Assembly (NCBI GenBank): GCA_963771075.1
Contig: CAVYSE010000011.1
Coordinates: forward strand, 128,001 to 192,000
Length of the DNA: 64,000 nucleotides
Direction: 5' to 3'
Origin: a candidate division FCPU426 bacterium
GTDB taxonomy: Bacteria > Oederibacteriota > Muellerivitia > Muellerivitales > Muellerivitaceae
The translations under genes and the position numbers were made by a program. Of this stretch, positions 38,510-48,638 are shown in pieces. Position 1 is the stretch's first letter, and each line of letters opens with the position of its first letter. Under the pieces are notes generated by a model. That model saw only the letters and a list, made by a program, of their open reading frames with translations. It had not been told where the DNA came from and did not search any database.

Positions 38510-39211
38510 ATGAAACTCAAATTAAAATCCAAGTTTCCCTTTCGGGACCGAGACCAAGCCGCCCGGATGCTTTGCGAGAAACTTTTCCATTATCGAGGGC
38601 TGAACCCGCTGGTCCTCGGCCTTTCTCCCGCGTCCGTGCCCATGGCCTGTCTCTTGGCCCGTTACCTGAAGGGTGAGGCGGATATTTTATTGGTCGAGAA
38701 GATTTATTCTCCCGAAAACCCCCATTTGGCGTTGGGAGTACTGGCGGAAGGCGGCGCTTTTACGCTCGCGCCCGGGGGAGGCCAAATGTGGGTTCCGCCC
38801 CATTTTCTGGAAGAAGAAATGCGCAAACTGTCCCACGGCCTTCAGGAACGCCGGAAATTATATACCCCCCAAAGGGCGCTCCTCTCCTGCGCGAACCGCG
38901 TCGTGATCCTGATCGACGATCTCGCCAAAACGGGGGTAAGCCTTTGGGCCGCCTATCGGGAGGTGGATGGCCGGCATCCCGCCCAGGTGGTGGTAACGGT
39001 CCCGGTGGCGACTCCCGCGGCCTTGGAACTGTTGCGACGGGAAACGGAAGAAGCCTTTGCCCTCTGGTCCGGCGATCAATGGTCTACCCCGTCGGAGATT
39101 TACGAAATCAACGTGAAGATCAGCGAAGAGGATGCCGCGGAATTCCTGCATCCCGTCGATCCGGACCTGTTGGTTTCCCGTGGACGAGCCCACTCGATTC
39201 CCGCCAACTAA
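38510..39211 (+). CDS. Phosphoribosyltransferase-like protein with divergent motifs
   Basis: FRDRDQAA, P.NP.LALG, VILIDDLAKTG, VVTVPVA. Confidence 0.8.
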   Translation: MKLKLKSKFPFRDRDQAARMLCEKLFHYRGLNPLVLGLSPASVPMACLLARYLKGEADILLVEKIYSPENPHLALGVLAEGGAFTLAPGGGQMWVPPHFLEEEMRKLSHGLQERRKLYTPQRALLSCANRVVILIDDLAKTGVSLWAAYREVDGRHPAQVVVTVPVATPAALELLRRETEEAFALWSGDQWSTPSEIYEINVKISEEDAAEFLHPVDPDLLVSRGRAHSIPAN

Positions 39212-39261
39212 ACTCCTTGTGCCTATTTGGAAGCGCGCCCCTATAATGAGCCTTTCTTAAA

Positions 39262-40026
39262 TTGATAGGAGTGGTATCCCTTTTGTCCCCCTTCGTTTGG
39301 ATGCTCCTGAGCGTGATCGTGGTAAGCCTCCTATCCCTGATCGGGATATCCCTTTTCGCGCTCAGCCATAAAACTTTCCATGCCCTTGTCTTCGTCCTGG
39401 TGGCCTTGGCCGTGGGGGCCCTCTTTGGGGACGCCTTTATCCATCTTTTGCCCGAGGCCATGAGGGAATCCTCCCAAGCCCTGGACGCCTCCCTGACGGT
39501 CATCGGCGGCATCCTCCTCTTTTTCATTCTCGAGAATTTCCTCCACTGGCGCCATCAGCACTCGGACGAGCATGAGGAAATCCAACCTTACGGTTATTTA
39601 AACCTGACGGCGGACATGGCCCACAATTTTATCGATGGCCTCTTGATCGGGGGTTCCTACTTGGCGGGCATGAAGCTGGGAATGGCCTCAGCCCTGGCGG
39701 TGCTATTGCACGAGCTACCACACGAATTCAGCAATTTCGGAATCCTGGTGAAATCGGGGTTCTCCAAACAAAAGGCGATCTTTTTGAATTTCCTCACCGC
39801 CCTTACGGCCATCCTGGGCGGGCTGGCGGCCTGGTGGCTTGGGGGATCGGTGGCGGGATTTCTACGGGTCCTTTTGCCCCTGACCGCGGGGAGTTTTATC
39901 TATATCGCAGGAAGTGACCTGGTGCCCCAACTCCACAAGGACGTTAAAAGCGCCCGGGCCCTGGTCCAGTTCGTCGCCATCCTGACGGGCGTGGGGCTGA
40001 TGCTCCTTATCAAGTTGTTGGAATAA
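39262..40026 (+). CDS. ZIP-family metal transporter
   Basis: HLLPEA, His-rich loop, HNFIDG, HELPHE, FIYIAGSDLVP. Confidence 0.93.
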   Translation: MIGVVSLLSPFVWMLLSVIVVSLLSLIGISLFALSHKTFHALVFVLVALAVGALFGDAFIHLLPEAMRESSQALDASLTVIGGILLFFILENFLHWRHQHSDEHEEIQPYGYLNLTADMAHNFIDGLLIGGSYLAGMKLGMASALAVLLHELPHEFSNFGILVKSGFSKQKAIFLNFLTALTAILGGLAAWWLGGSVAGFLRVLLPLTAGSFIYIAGSDLVPQLHKDVKSARALVQFVAILTGVGLMLLIKLLE

Positions 40027-40050
40027 ACCTGCCATTCCTCTTAATTTTCC

Positions 40051-40257
40051 ATTCCATTTGGAAGGATCACTTGTGACGAAGTTACAAGTGGATTCAATCA
40101 ACTCAGGAGTAAATATTGACTAAATATGTGACCCTGCTTATGGCGTTTGGCGGGGGGCTCTCGGATAATTAATGGAATCAATTCCCGTTCTAAATTCACA
40201 TGAACGGGTCTTGGTTGTAGTTGGTTAACCAAAAACAGGTTCACTATTCTGTGAGCC
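40051..40257 (+). ncRNA. Candidate structured RNA in a convergent intergenic region
   Basis: At least five hairpins; G-U wobbles favour the + strand; no family recognised. Confidence 0.35.
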
Positions 40258-40321
40258 GTTTCAATTTAATTTTCTTATCATGATTGTTTTACAAGGAAGC
40301 TATAGGGAATCTAATATCTCA

Positions 40322-42433
40322 TTAGTGTTTTTTAAGAATCTCGACAGCACAGACTTTAGCGTTTTGGACCTTCGTCTTAAATACGATACGGATATTTCCC
40401 AGGCCTTCGGGACGAATATGATCAAAGGTCTTCTCAATCCCGTGGTTCATAGTCCCTGCTTCCTTGAGGATGTCGAAATCCTTTAATACAATGTTACCGT
40501 TGATCTGGACGTCGAAGATCCTTTCACCCGGCTTTTTCACATAGGCCTCGGCGAATAAAAGGCGCACCTGGTATTCACCCGGCTGAACGGGCAAGACATA
40601 GCTGAAATCCGATCCCCAGCGTTCGGTCTGGTAAAGCTGGGAGTCTTTGTCGGCCGTCACCTGCGGTTCTGCCTCGACAGTTGTTCCGTCGAAAAAGCCT
40701 TGGTCCTTCGCCCAGTGATTTCCTGACGAATCCGTGAAATCCGTTCCTCCCGCCCGGATTCGCCATACCTCCTGGGCCGGCATGGGCGTGGGGGTGGGTC
40801 GGGGCGACAAGACGAGGGGAGCCGGAGCTTCGCCCGGTTTCATCTCGAACCATTCGTAATCCGCCCAATTTTGCGATTCTTTTCCGTTCGCGGTTGCATA
40901 AAGGCCGATAACCGTTCCCGTGAAACCGCCCGCCCTTTCCTTCGTCAGGTCCGCTGAGTCTGAGGCCGCCAAGGTTTCCCAGGTCTTTCCGTCGCTGGAC
41001 CAAGCGAACTGATACTGGCTTTCCTGCCCGGAGATTTCCAGGTACACCTTGCCCCCTGCGAAGGGTTTGCGAATGACTATCGCGCTGTAGGCCTTGACCC
41101 TGTTTCTCACGATGATTTCTGACTCCCCATCCTGGCGACTCACGGCGATCTCGTAATGGTTGTCGTCGTTCGAGCGCACTATCAGGCCCGCTTCCTCCCC
41201 ATCCTGGCTTGGCATGAATTCCATCGAACAACGGGCGGTGACCTTGAAATCGGGCTGTCTTTGGCCCGTAAAGGCGGGTTCATTCATTTTGTCGTCGAGG
41301 GAGGCTATCCCGGCGTGGAGGCTCAAGCAACCCTTGCGGCGGGTAAGGGAAATGTCCCGGGGGTCGATGTTTCGAACGTGTATCCATTCGGGCCCGAGTT
41401 TGTCCTTGACGAACAAGGTCCTTGCCGGAAGTACGGGGAATGGGTGGGGTTTCAGGTTCGGGGCGGGCATCTCCAGCTTCACATGGTGATCGCCGTTCAC
41501 CACCGGCCAGCCATCCTTCCAAATGACGGGGGCCAAGAAGGTTTCCCTTCCCAGGACGGAAATACCGGTTTGCGGTCTTACACCCAGGAAAACCGCCCAC
41601 CAAGATCCGTCGGACGCTTCCACTAAGTCGGCGTGGCCCGTGCATTGGATGGGGCTAGAGGGCTCGTCCCTTTCGGTCAGAATGGGGTTGTAGGGGCAGG
41701 GTTCAAAGGGGCCCCATGGGGATGAAGACCTTCCGATCATTTCCATATGTTGGTTCCCGGTGCCGCCTTCGGCCAGCATGAGGTAGTACTTGCCTTTGAT
41801 CTTGTAGAGGTGGGGGCCTTCGTTCCAGGATTCGGACAGGTCGTTGTAAATTTCCTTTTTGGGCAAGGCCAGCTTGCCGGTTTGGGGATCGAACTCGGAC
41901 TGCTTGATCCCCGCCTTCTCGCCACCGCCTTGCTGGGTGAAATAGGCCTTCCCATCGTCGTCGAAAAACATGGAACCGTCGATATCGTGGTCGTCCATCC
42001 AGAGGGGTTCCGACCAGGGACCGGCTGGGTCCTTGGCCGTAACGATGAAATTGCCGTCCCCGCTCACATTGGTGCAGGCCAGGTAGAAAGTCCCTTTCCA
42101 GAAACGGATGGTGGGGGCGTAAAGACCACCGTAATCCGTGGCGCCCTTCAGGGGCAATTGGCTGGGGCGGTTAAGGGCATTGCCGATGAGATCCCAATGG
42201 ACCAAGTCCCGGCTGTGGTAGATAGGAAGGCCGGGAAAATACTCGAAGGTGGAATTCACAAGGTAGAAGTCTTTGCCGTTCCGGCAGATGCTGGGGTCGG
42301 GATGAAAGCCCGTCAAAACGGGATTGCGATAGTAATCCATTGGTTTCTCCGCGTTGGAAGGTGAGATCCCCGCCCCGAATGTTAGGGCGGCCACGACTAG
42401 AATAAGGCCATAACGAAGAGCGGGTTGGGTCAT
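40322..42433 (-). CDS. Secreted GH43 beta-xylosidase/arabinofuranosidase with C-terminal malectin domain
   Basis: NPVLTGFHPDPSI, STFEYFPG, YAPTIR, EGPHLYK, GHADLV, GRETFL; PTPTP linker; LYQTER, RLLFAE, RIFDV. Confidence 0.93.
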   Translation of the reverse strand: MTQPALRYGLILVVAALTFGAGISPSNAEKPMDYYRNPVLTGFHPDPSICRNGKDFYLVNSTFEYFPGLPIYHSRDLVHWDLIGNALNRPSQLPLKGATDYGGLYAPTIRFWKGTFYLACTNVSGDGNFIVTAKDPAGPWSEPLWMDDHDIDGSMFFDDDGKAYFTQQGGGEKAGIKQSEFDPQTGKLALPKKEIYNDLSESWNEGPHLYKIKGKYYLMLAEGGTGNQHMEMIGRSSSPWGPFEPCPYNPILTERDEPSSPIQCTGHADLVEASDGSWWAVFLGVRPQTGISVLGRETFLAPVIWKDGWPVVNGDHHVKLEMPAPNLKPHPFPVLPARTLFVKDKLGPEWIHVRNIDPRDISLTRRKGCLSLHAGIASLDDKMNEPAFTGQRQPDFKVTARCSMEFMPSQDGEEAGLIVRSNDDNHYEIAVSRQDGESEIIVRNRVKAYSAIVIRKPFAGGKVYLEISGQESQYQFAWSSDGKTWETLAASDSADLTKERAGGFTGTVIGLYATANGKESQNWADYEWFEMKPGEAPAPLVLSPRPTPTPMPAQEVWRIRAGGTDFTDSSGNHWAKDQGFFDGTTVEAEPQVTADKDSQLYQTERWGSDFSYVLPVQPGEYQVRLLFAEAYVKKPGERIFDVQINGNIVLKDFDILKEAGTMNHGIEKTFDHIRPEGLGNIRIVFKTKVQNAKVCAVEILKKH

Positions 42434-42699
42434 TTATTGCTCCTTTTGGTTCATCATAACAAATAAGGAGAAGACTCGAATCCGCTTTAGCATGACTGAA
42501 TTTTTCATGTCACCTAACAAACCGGTGCAAGGATGATTCCTGCGGATAATACGAAATGAAAAGGTAAAACGGGAAACCGAAAAGACATTGGAAAACTAGA
42601 GCAAAAAAATCACCTGCCGTTAATAATGTCCGGGATAAATTTGGGGAAGTTTTTCAAGCGGGGAGAAAATCCGATATTTTTTCGCACGGGAGATTTTGG

Positions 42700-43248
42700 G
42701 TGAGAAAAACATTTTTGGTTTTGGGCTTATCGGCGCTTTTATTGACACCCCTGCTTTTTGTTAATTCAAGGATTTGCTTAGAAAAGAAGGGGATCAACAC
42801 GAGTTTTGCTGACTCCGGCCTCTCATGTGGGTTCACTCCGGTACCCGTGAAACCTTCGCCCGGGTCGCTTCCTTCCTATACGAATCCGGCCAACCAAGCC
42901 TTGCTGACCTCCGCGACGCCCCAAGCACAATCCGCTTTCAAACCCGGGCCCTTCATGGGAGAAACCCGAGCCTTGCGGACCATCGGAGACTGGCGCCTTT
43001 ACTATTTCAATGAAATCCCACCGGTCGATTTTGATAACTACATGGTCCTGCAGGCCTACCTGCCGGTGGCTTGCCCGCCCTCCTTGTCCGTCACGGCCAT
43101 TTGCGAGGGTCAGGACACCATTCAAGTTTCGTTGGTCGCAACCCTGCAAAGGGGAAACGATTGTCAGGATATTCGATACGATTGGGTTTCGGAGGCGGTG
43201 ACGCTTTCCGACAAACCGGTCACCTGGCAGATCGTGGCGACCCGGTAG
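42700..43248 (+). CDS. Exported hypothetical protein with PrcB-like PPVDF segment
   Basis: N-terminal hydrophobic stretch; IPPVDFDNYMVL resembles the anti-sigma C-terminus at 29776. Confidence 0.55.
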   Translation: MRKTFLVLGLSALLLTPLLFVNSRICLEKKGINTSFADSGLSCGFTPVPVKPSPGSLPSYTNPANQALLTSATPQAQSAFKPGPFMGETRALRTIGDWRLYYFNEIPPVDFDNYMVLQAYLPVACPPSLSVTAICEGQDTIQVSLVATLQRGNDCQDIRYDWVSEAVTLSDKPVTWQIVATR

Positions 43249-43272
43249 GTTCTACGATCGGTGGTTTTGAAA

Positions 43273-44316
43273 TCAGGGTTGCCGCTGGTTCTCCGACGAT
43301 TCCTTCCATAATTGCGCCAAGGCGCTGAAAAGACTCTTTCGGGTCGCTAACGGGTATATATTCCCCTCTGGCAATTCCTTCATGAGCTTTCTGTGGGCGG
43401 TACCAAGGTTGTGATAGGGCATGCCGGGGAAAAGATGATGGGTGGCGTGGAAGCGCAGGCCCACCGGGGCCCACAGGGGCGTAGTGAAAAAATTTCCAGG
43501 GATGTCAATGGAATCCAAAAACTGCTCCGAGAATTTCATTTCGCGATCCGGCTGGTTGCGGTAGCAATGGGCCACCAGGGTGCGCAGACCGTTGGTAAAT
43601 AGGATAAAGACCGCCGCCAGGTACCAAAGCAACAAAACTTTCCAGGGCCAAATTCCCGCGATCATGAGCGCCAACCCTGTCGCGGCGTAAGCGAAGGTCA
43701 TGAATTCCTGGGCCCACCAGATATATTTTTCTCGGCCCACGGGTGGAGGACGCTTATAACCCAGGTCCACCGCCAGGGAAGAAGCCAGCTCCCAAAGGGG
43801 TTTTCGAAGGGGCTGAATGACATAGGAAAGGGGGGTGAAGATGGAAAAGCGGATTAAGAAGAGCGCCGGGGCCAGGGTCATGGTGAACAAAAAGAGCGGG
43901 ATTCGGTAGGGTTTGGAGATGGCGAAGGGGAAGTATTCCTTGTCGTTGCGAGTGCCGTAATAGCTTTGCTTGTGGTGGTCGATATGGACTCCCATATAAA
44001 GTTCGGAAGGCACCATTAGGGGAAAACCGCATAAAAGGTTCCAAACGGTATGAAAAGCCTGGAAGGTCCCTTTCTTAAGGTGGGTTAGCTCGTGAACGAA
44101 AATGACCGCTCGGTAGAGGGAAATTCCCGCCAGTAATAGGGCCCCGATTTGTAGTGGAGAAAAGTTGGGTTGACGCACGGCGAAAATAAAAGATACCCAC
44201 CCCAAGAGGTCGTTGAATAGAAAGTCGGTCCAATAGATCACCGGGTTGGCGTCGAATAGGTCCTTACAAATTTTCTTGGCCTCGGCCATCGGAAACTCAG
44301 CGTTATAGGGTTTCAT
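43273..44316 (-). CDS. Membrane fatty-acid desaturase family protein
   Basis: His boxes HELTH, HIDHH and HATHH; PYHNL. Confidence 0.9.
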   Translation of the reverse strand: MKPYNAEFPMAEAKKICKDLFDANPVIYWTDFLFNDLLGWVSFIFAVRQPNFSPLQIGALLLAGISLYRAVIFVHELTHLKKGTFQAFHTVWNLLCGFPLMVPSELYMGVHIDHHKQSYYGTRNDKEYFPFAISKPYRIPLFLFTMTLAPALFLIRFSIFTPLSYVIQPLRKPLWELASSLAVDLGYKRPPPVGREKYIWWAQEFMTFAYAATGLALMIAGIWPWKVLLLWYLAAVFILFTNGLRTLVAHCYRNQPDREMKFSEQFLDSIDIPGNFFTTPLWAPVGLRFHATHHLFPGMPYHNLGTAHRKLMKELPEGNIYPLATRKSLFSALAQLWKESSENQRQP

Positions 44317-44559
44317 GAAACACCTCTTTTTGGGGTGACGAATTTTTACATTCCCGGGATTAAAAATCCAATGCGACTGCTCGAATTTTTGAATAGTTTC
44401 CAAAAGTATCTGGAAGAGCGATTGTCGAGGAAATTATATTTTTTACGCATTGAATTCCCAAGTATGGGTCTATAATCTACAGCCAACTTTACCAGACCGG
44501 CGGAAAAGTCTTTATTTAGGACTTATTTCGCAAGTTATTTAGGGGAGGGCTTCCGCCGT

Positions 44560-45348
44560 ATGGGCTTGTTTCCAAGATTGTTTTTGATTTCTCTCTTCTG
44601 TGCCAATCGGGTATTTGCCGATACTGCTCCCTGGTTTCCCAAAAACATATCAGCGGATGGGGACCGGATCGACAACCTGGTCATATTCTCCTTTTGGGTG
44701 ACCGGAACCTTCTTTGCCATTGTCGTTCTAGCCTTGATCCTCTTTCCTCTTTTCTACCGGTCCCGTCCCGGGCACAAGGCTTTTTATACCCACGGTACGG
44801 GATTGTTCGAACGGATTGTCACCTTCGCCCTGGCTGCGACCGTTTTCGGCGTGATCGACCTGAACGTGATCCACCGTTCCAACGAGGATTACGACGTTCT
44901 TTACGGTAAGCAATACGACCGGGCACAGGCCTTGCGCGTGGAGGTTCAGGGCCGCCAGTTCGAGTGGCGCATCCGTTATTCCATCGACAACAAAACCTTC
45001 GGGACAGTCCAGGACATCACCACCTTAAACCAACTCCATATCCCGGTAAACCGGCCGGTGTTCGTACAGGTCACGTCCGGAGATGTCATCCATAGCTTTT
45101 ACCTTCCGAACCTCCGTATCCGACAAGACGCCATGCCGGGCCTAGTGACCCAGGTGGCCTTTGAGGCCAAGGAAAAAGGCCAGTTCACCCTCGCCTGTTC
45201 CGAGCTTTGCGGCCTGGGCCATTACCGGATGAAGGGTTACTTGACAGTGGAGGATGAGGCGGATTTTGATAAGTTTTTAGCCGATGCCGCCAAGGACCGG
45301 GACCCCGATCCCGCCAACAATTGGGGTTGGGCATGGGAGGAGAGATAA
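44560..45348 (+). CDS. coxB: Cytochrome c oxidase subunit II (CuA)
   Basis: QFEW, DVIHSF, DAMPG, CSELCGLGHYRM. Confidence 0.95.
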   Translation: MGLFPRLFLISLFCANRVFADTAPWFPKNISADGDRIDNLVIFSFWVTGTFFAIVVLALILFPLFYRSRPGHKAFYTHGTGLFERIVTFALAATVFGVIDLNVIHRSNEDYDVLYGKQYDRAQALRVEVQGRQFEWRIRYSIDNKTFGTVQDITTLNQLHIPVNRPVFVQVTSGDVIHSFYLPNLRIRQDAMPGLVTQVAFEAKEKGQFTLACSELCGLGHYRMKGYLTVEDEADFDKFLADAAKDRDPDPANNWGWAWEER

Positions 45349-45349
45349 C

Positions 45350-47071
45350 ATGAGCGATCACGCGCATTCCGAACCGACTTCCTTTTGGACGAAGTATATT
45401 TTCTCGCTGGACCACAAGGTCATTGGCCGGCAGTTCCTTTTTTACGGGTTGTTCTTCCTCCTGACCGGCGGCATTATGGCCTACCTGATCCGTTGGCAAG
45501 TCGCCAACCCCTGGACCCCCGCGCCGGTCTTCGGACCGCTGCTGTTCCCCAACTCGGGCGGGGCGGCTACTCCCGAGATCTACACCACCCTGATCACCCT
45601 GCACGGGACCATCATGATCTTCTTCGCCATCACTCCGATCGCCATCGGGGCACTGGGCAATTTTCTGATCCCGCTCCAGATCGGGGCGAGGGATATGGCC
45701 TTCCCCATCCTCAACATGCTTTCCTTTTGGCTGATGCCCATCGCCGGCGTACTTTTGATGATGTCCTACTTCGGTGAACAGACGGCCTCCGCCGGCTGGA
45801 CGGGCTATCCCCCTTTGAGTTCCGCCACCTATACGCCCGGCGCCGGTGAAACCCTCTGGGCCCTGGCGGTGGTGATCCTGGGAACTTCCTCCATCATGGG
45901 GGGGATCAATTACGTCACCACTTGCATTAATTTAAGGGCGAAGGGGATGACGATCTGGAAACTTCCCCTTTCGGTCTGGGGGCTCTTCCTCACCGCCGTC
46001 CTTAACCTGGCCTTCGTACCGGTCATCGCGGTGGGTTTGATCATGTTGATCTTCGACCGTACCTGCGGCACCCACTTTTTCACCGGGGTGGCCATCAATC
46101 CGGCCCAAGCCGGCCAGCCTCTTTTATACCAGCATATTTTCTGGGCCTTCGGGCATCCCGAAGTTTACATCCTGATCCTTCCCATCTGGGGCGTGGTGTC
46201 GGACGTTTTGGCGGTGTTCGCGCGAAAGCCGGCTTTCGGTTACAAGCTAACGGCCCTCTCCATGTTCGTCATCACCTGCCTAAGCACGGTGGTCTGGGGC
46301 CATCACATGTTCATATCCGGCATGAGCCCGGCCATGGGCAAAGCCTTCCAGTCCCTAACCATGCTGATTTCGATCCCCTCTTCCATTTTCTTCTTCAATT
46401 GGCTCGCGACCCTCTGGCGGGGAAACCTGCAATTCAAAACACCCATGCTTTTCGCGATGGGGGTCATTTTCGTATTCGCAATCGGCGGGTTAACAGGGAT
46501 CCTTTTGGCTTCCCGCACCATGGATATTTATTTCCACGGGACCTATTTCGTGGTGGCCCACTTCCACTACACGATGGCCATGTCGGTATTCCTGGGTTCC
46601 TTCTGCGCCATCTATTTCTGGTTCCCGAAAATGTTCGGGAGGATGATGAACGAGATTTTGGGGAAATTGCATTTCTGGATCACTTTTGTTTCGGTCAATG
46701 TGGTGTTCCTGGTTATGTTCCGGGTCGGGATGGCGGGCCTGATGCGACGGGTGGCGGACCCCTATGCCTACGAAGTGTTCAAACCCCTGCAGCCCTTGAA
46801 CCAGATCATCACCTACGGGGTCATGGTGATGGGTACGGCCCAATTGATCTTTATTTTCAATTTCTTTTTCAGCATGTTCTTCGGCAAGAAGGCCGAGGAT
46901 AACCCCTGGCATGCCGCCACATTGGAATGGACGGTCCCGTCGCCGCCCCCCCACGCGAATTTCGGGGAGGAACTGCCTGTCGTGATCAATGGACCCCATG
47001 AGTACGGCAACCCAGCCGTGAAAGGAAAGGATTTCCTGCTGCAAACAGAACCCGTGCCCGACGCGGGCTAA
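45350..47071 (+). CDS. coxA: Cytochrome c oxidase subunit I, A1-type
   Basis: DHKVIG, HGTIMIFF, GWTGYPPL, FGHPEVY, VWGHHM, VAHFHY, RR. Confidence 0.96.
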   Translation: MSDHAHSEPTSFWTKYIFSLDHKVIGRQFLFYGLFFLLTGGIMAYLIRWQVANPWTPAPVFGPLLFPNSGGAATPEIYTTLITLHGTIMIFFAITPIAIGALGNFLIPLQIGARDMAFPILNMLSFWLMPIAGVLLMMSYFGEQTASAGWTGYPPLSSATYTPGAGETLWALAVVILGTSSIMGGINYVTTCINLRAKGMTIWKLPLSVWGLFLTAVLNLAFVPVIAVGLIMLIFDRTCGTHFFTGVAINPAQAGQPLLYQHIFWAFGHPEVYILILPIWGVVSDVLAVFARKPAFGYKLTALSMFVITCLSTVVWGHHMFISGMSPAMGKAFQSLTMLISIPSSIFFFNWLATLWRGNLQFKTPMLFAMGVIFVFAIGGLTGILLASRTMDIYFHGTYFVVAHFHYTMAMSVFLGSFCAIYFWFPKMFGRMMNEILGKLHFWITFVSVNVVFLVMFRVGMAGLMRRVADPYAYEVFKPLQPLNQIITYGVMVMGTAQLIFIFNFFFSMFFGKKAEDNPWHAATLEWTVPSPPPHANFGEELPVVINGPHEYGNPAVKGKDFLLQTEPVPDAG

Positions 47072-47085
47072 AGACAAAGGCTTTT

Positions 47086-47171
47086 TCCACGAAGTTCACA
47101 ACGGGCACAAAGTAAAAAAATTATTTTGATAAAGCCAAGCATTTACTTTGTGGTCTTTGTGTACTTCGTGG
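47086..47171. repeat. Long imperfect inverted repeat (CCACGAAG..CACAA/CACAAAGTAAA type) between coxA and coxC
   Basis: CCACGAAGT.CACAA.G..CACAAAGTAAA pairs with TTTACTTTGTG..CTTTGTG.ACTTCGTGG. Confidence 0.75.
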
Positions 47172-47197
47172 TGAGAAATGTTTTTTAAGGAGAAACA

Positions 47198-47782
47198 ATG
47201 AGTTCTGAAGCAATAAACGAAGAATCCTACACCGGATTTCCCACCGCCCGCATGGGCATGCTGATCTTTTTGATCTCTGAAAGCATGATGTTCGTAACGC
47301 TCATCTCGGGGTATCTGGTGCTTCGCGCCAGTCAAACCGCTTGGCCTCCTGCCAACCAACCCCATTTGAACGTGCTCTTGACCGGCATCAACACTTTTTT
47401 CCTGATCTCCTCCAGCGTAACCTTCCATTTTGCCGAGGTTTATTTTCGCAAAAGCCAAAAAGGAAAGTTCCTGGCCTGGCTTGGAGCGACCATCCTTCTG
47501 GGAACGACCTTCCTGACCATCCAGGCCTTCGAGTACAGCCGGCTCATGTTCGGGACTTTGAGCCTTTCTTCCTCTACCTACGGTTCGGTTTTCTTCTCCC
47601 TGACGGGGTTTCACGGGCTTCACGTGTTCGTCGGAATATGCCTCCTCAGCCTTATTTTTTGGCGTTTGTCAGCGAACAAGCTTTCCAAAACGGACCACCA
47701 CTTGGTGGATAACATCGGGCTTTACTGGCACTTCGTGGACGGGGTATGGATCGTTCTCTTTTCCGTGCTTTACCTTTGGTGA
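47198..47782 (+). CDS. coxC: Cytochrome c oxidase subunit III (short form)
   Basis: FLISESMMF, NTFFLISSS, TGFHGLHV, LYWHFVD. Confidence 0.95.
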   Translation: MSSEAINEESYTGFPTARMGMLIFLISESMMFVTLISGYLVLRASQTAWPPANQPHLNVLLTGINTFFLISSSVTFHFAEVYFRKSQKGKFLAWLGATILLGTTFLTIQAFEYSRLMFGTLSLSSSTYGSVFFSLTGFHGLHVFVGICLLSLIFWRLSANKLSKTDHHLVDNIGLYWHFVDGVWIVLFSVLYLW

Positions 47783-47816
47783 GAAGCTTTTCCATGGATA
47801 GGGTTATAATTTAAAG

Positions 47817-48110
47817 ATGATCACCAATCGAAAACATCCGAACCTTTTTTTTGATCATCCTCGAAAACTCAAGGGTTTAATCCTTATTCCATTTTGGGTC
47901 TGTTTAGTCCTGGCTTCGCCGTCGGCCCTTCAAGCTTGTCCTTTTTGCGCGGAAGCGGTCCGAAGGATTAACAACGGCCAACTGTTGGACAGCTATGTGG
48001 TGGCGTACGTGATATTGGCTTTTATGCCGCTGGTCCTCATCGGCCTCTTTGCTTTGACCCTTTTCCGGTTCCACCGCCGGAAAATCGCAGGACAAACCCC
48101 TCGCCATTAA
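47817..48110 (+). CDS. Small membrane protein with CxxC (ACPFC), probable oxidase accessory
   Basis: Signal-like segment, CPFC, one TM helix; follows coxC. Confidence 0.65.
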   Translation: MITNRKHPNLFFDHPRKLKGLILIPFWVCLVLASPSALQACPFCAEAVRRINNGQLLDSYVVAYVILAFMPLVLIGLFALTLFRFHRRKIAGQTPRH

Positions 48111-48634
48111 TCTTGTGGCGGGTGGAGGGTTCCGTCCTCGACCTCATGGAAATCTTCGAGTGTAAAGGTCAACAACCGGGTAAGTTGTTCCTTTTCTTTT
48201 TCACCCAACACCCTTTCCACCTCGGGGTAGAAGATTCGGTCTTCCCGGATTGAATGGTGTTCCAAATATTTCTTGAAATGGGCCTCATCGTCAAAGAGAG
48301 AAATGATTTCCTTCCAATTGGAGTCGCTTCGGCTCAGGCGGGACGCCCGAAGGTTTATCCGGTTAAGCCACTCCGTGATCTTTAAATGTTCCCCCGAGAA
48401 AATTTCCGCGTCTCCACCCCGGATTTGGGCGGCCCTTTGGCGGTAAAGGGGTAGCAAGATCTCATCCTCCTCTTTCATATGTTGCAAGAGTGCTTTTTCA
48501 AAAGACATCAGCATGCTCCGGGAACGGGTAAAATCTCCCTTCAACATGGCGACTTGGTGCTCGAAAAAGAGCTGGTCCAATTCATGATGAAGCTTGTTCA
48601 TGTCCTGGATGGATTTGGCGGGGTGGATTGGCAT
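48107..48634 (-). CDS. Hemerythrin/HHE-domain protein
   Basis: LHHELD, HMKEEDEILLP, EH, HSIREDRIFYP. Confidence 0.88.
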   Translation of the reverse strand: MPIHPAKSIQDMNKLHHELDQLFFEHQVAMLKGDFTRSRSMLMSFEKALLQHMKEEDEILLPLYRQRAAQIRGGDAEIFSGEHLKITEWLNRINLRASRLSRSDSNWKEIISLFDDEAHFKKYLEHHSIREDRIFYPEVERVLGEKEKEQLTRLLTFTLEDFHEVEDGTLHPPQD

Positions 48635-48638
48635 GTAT

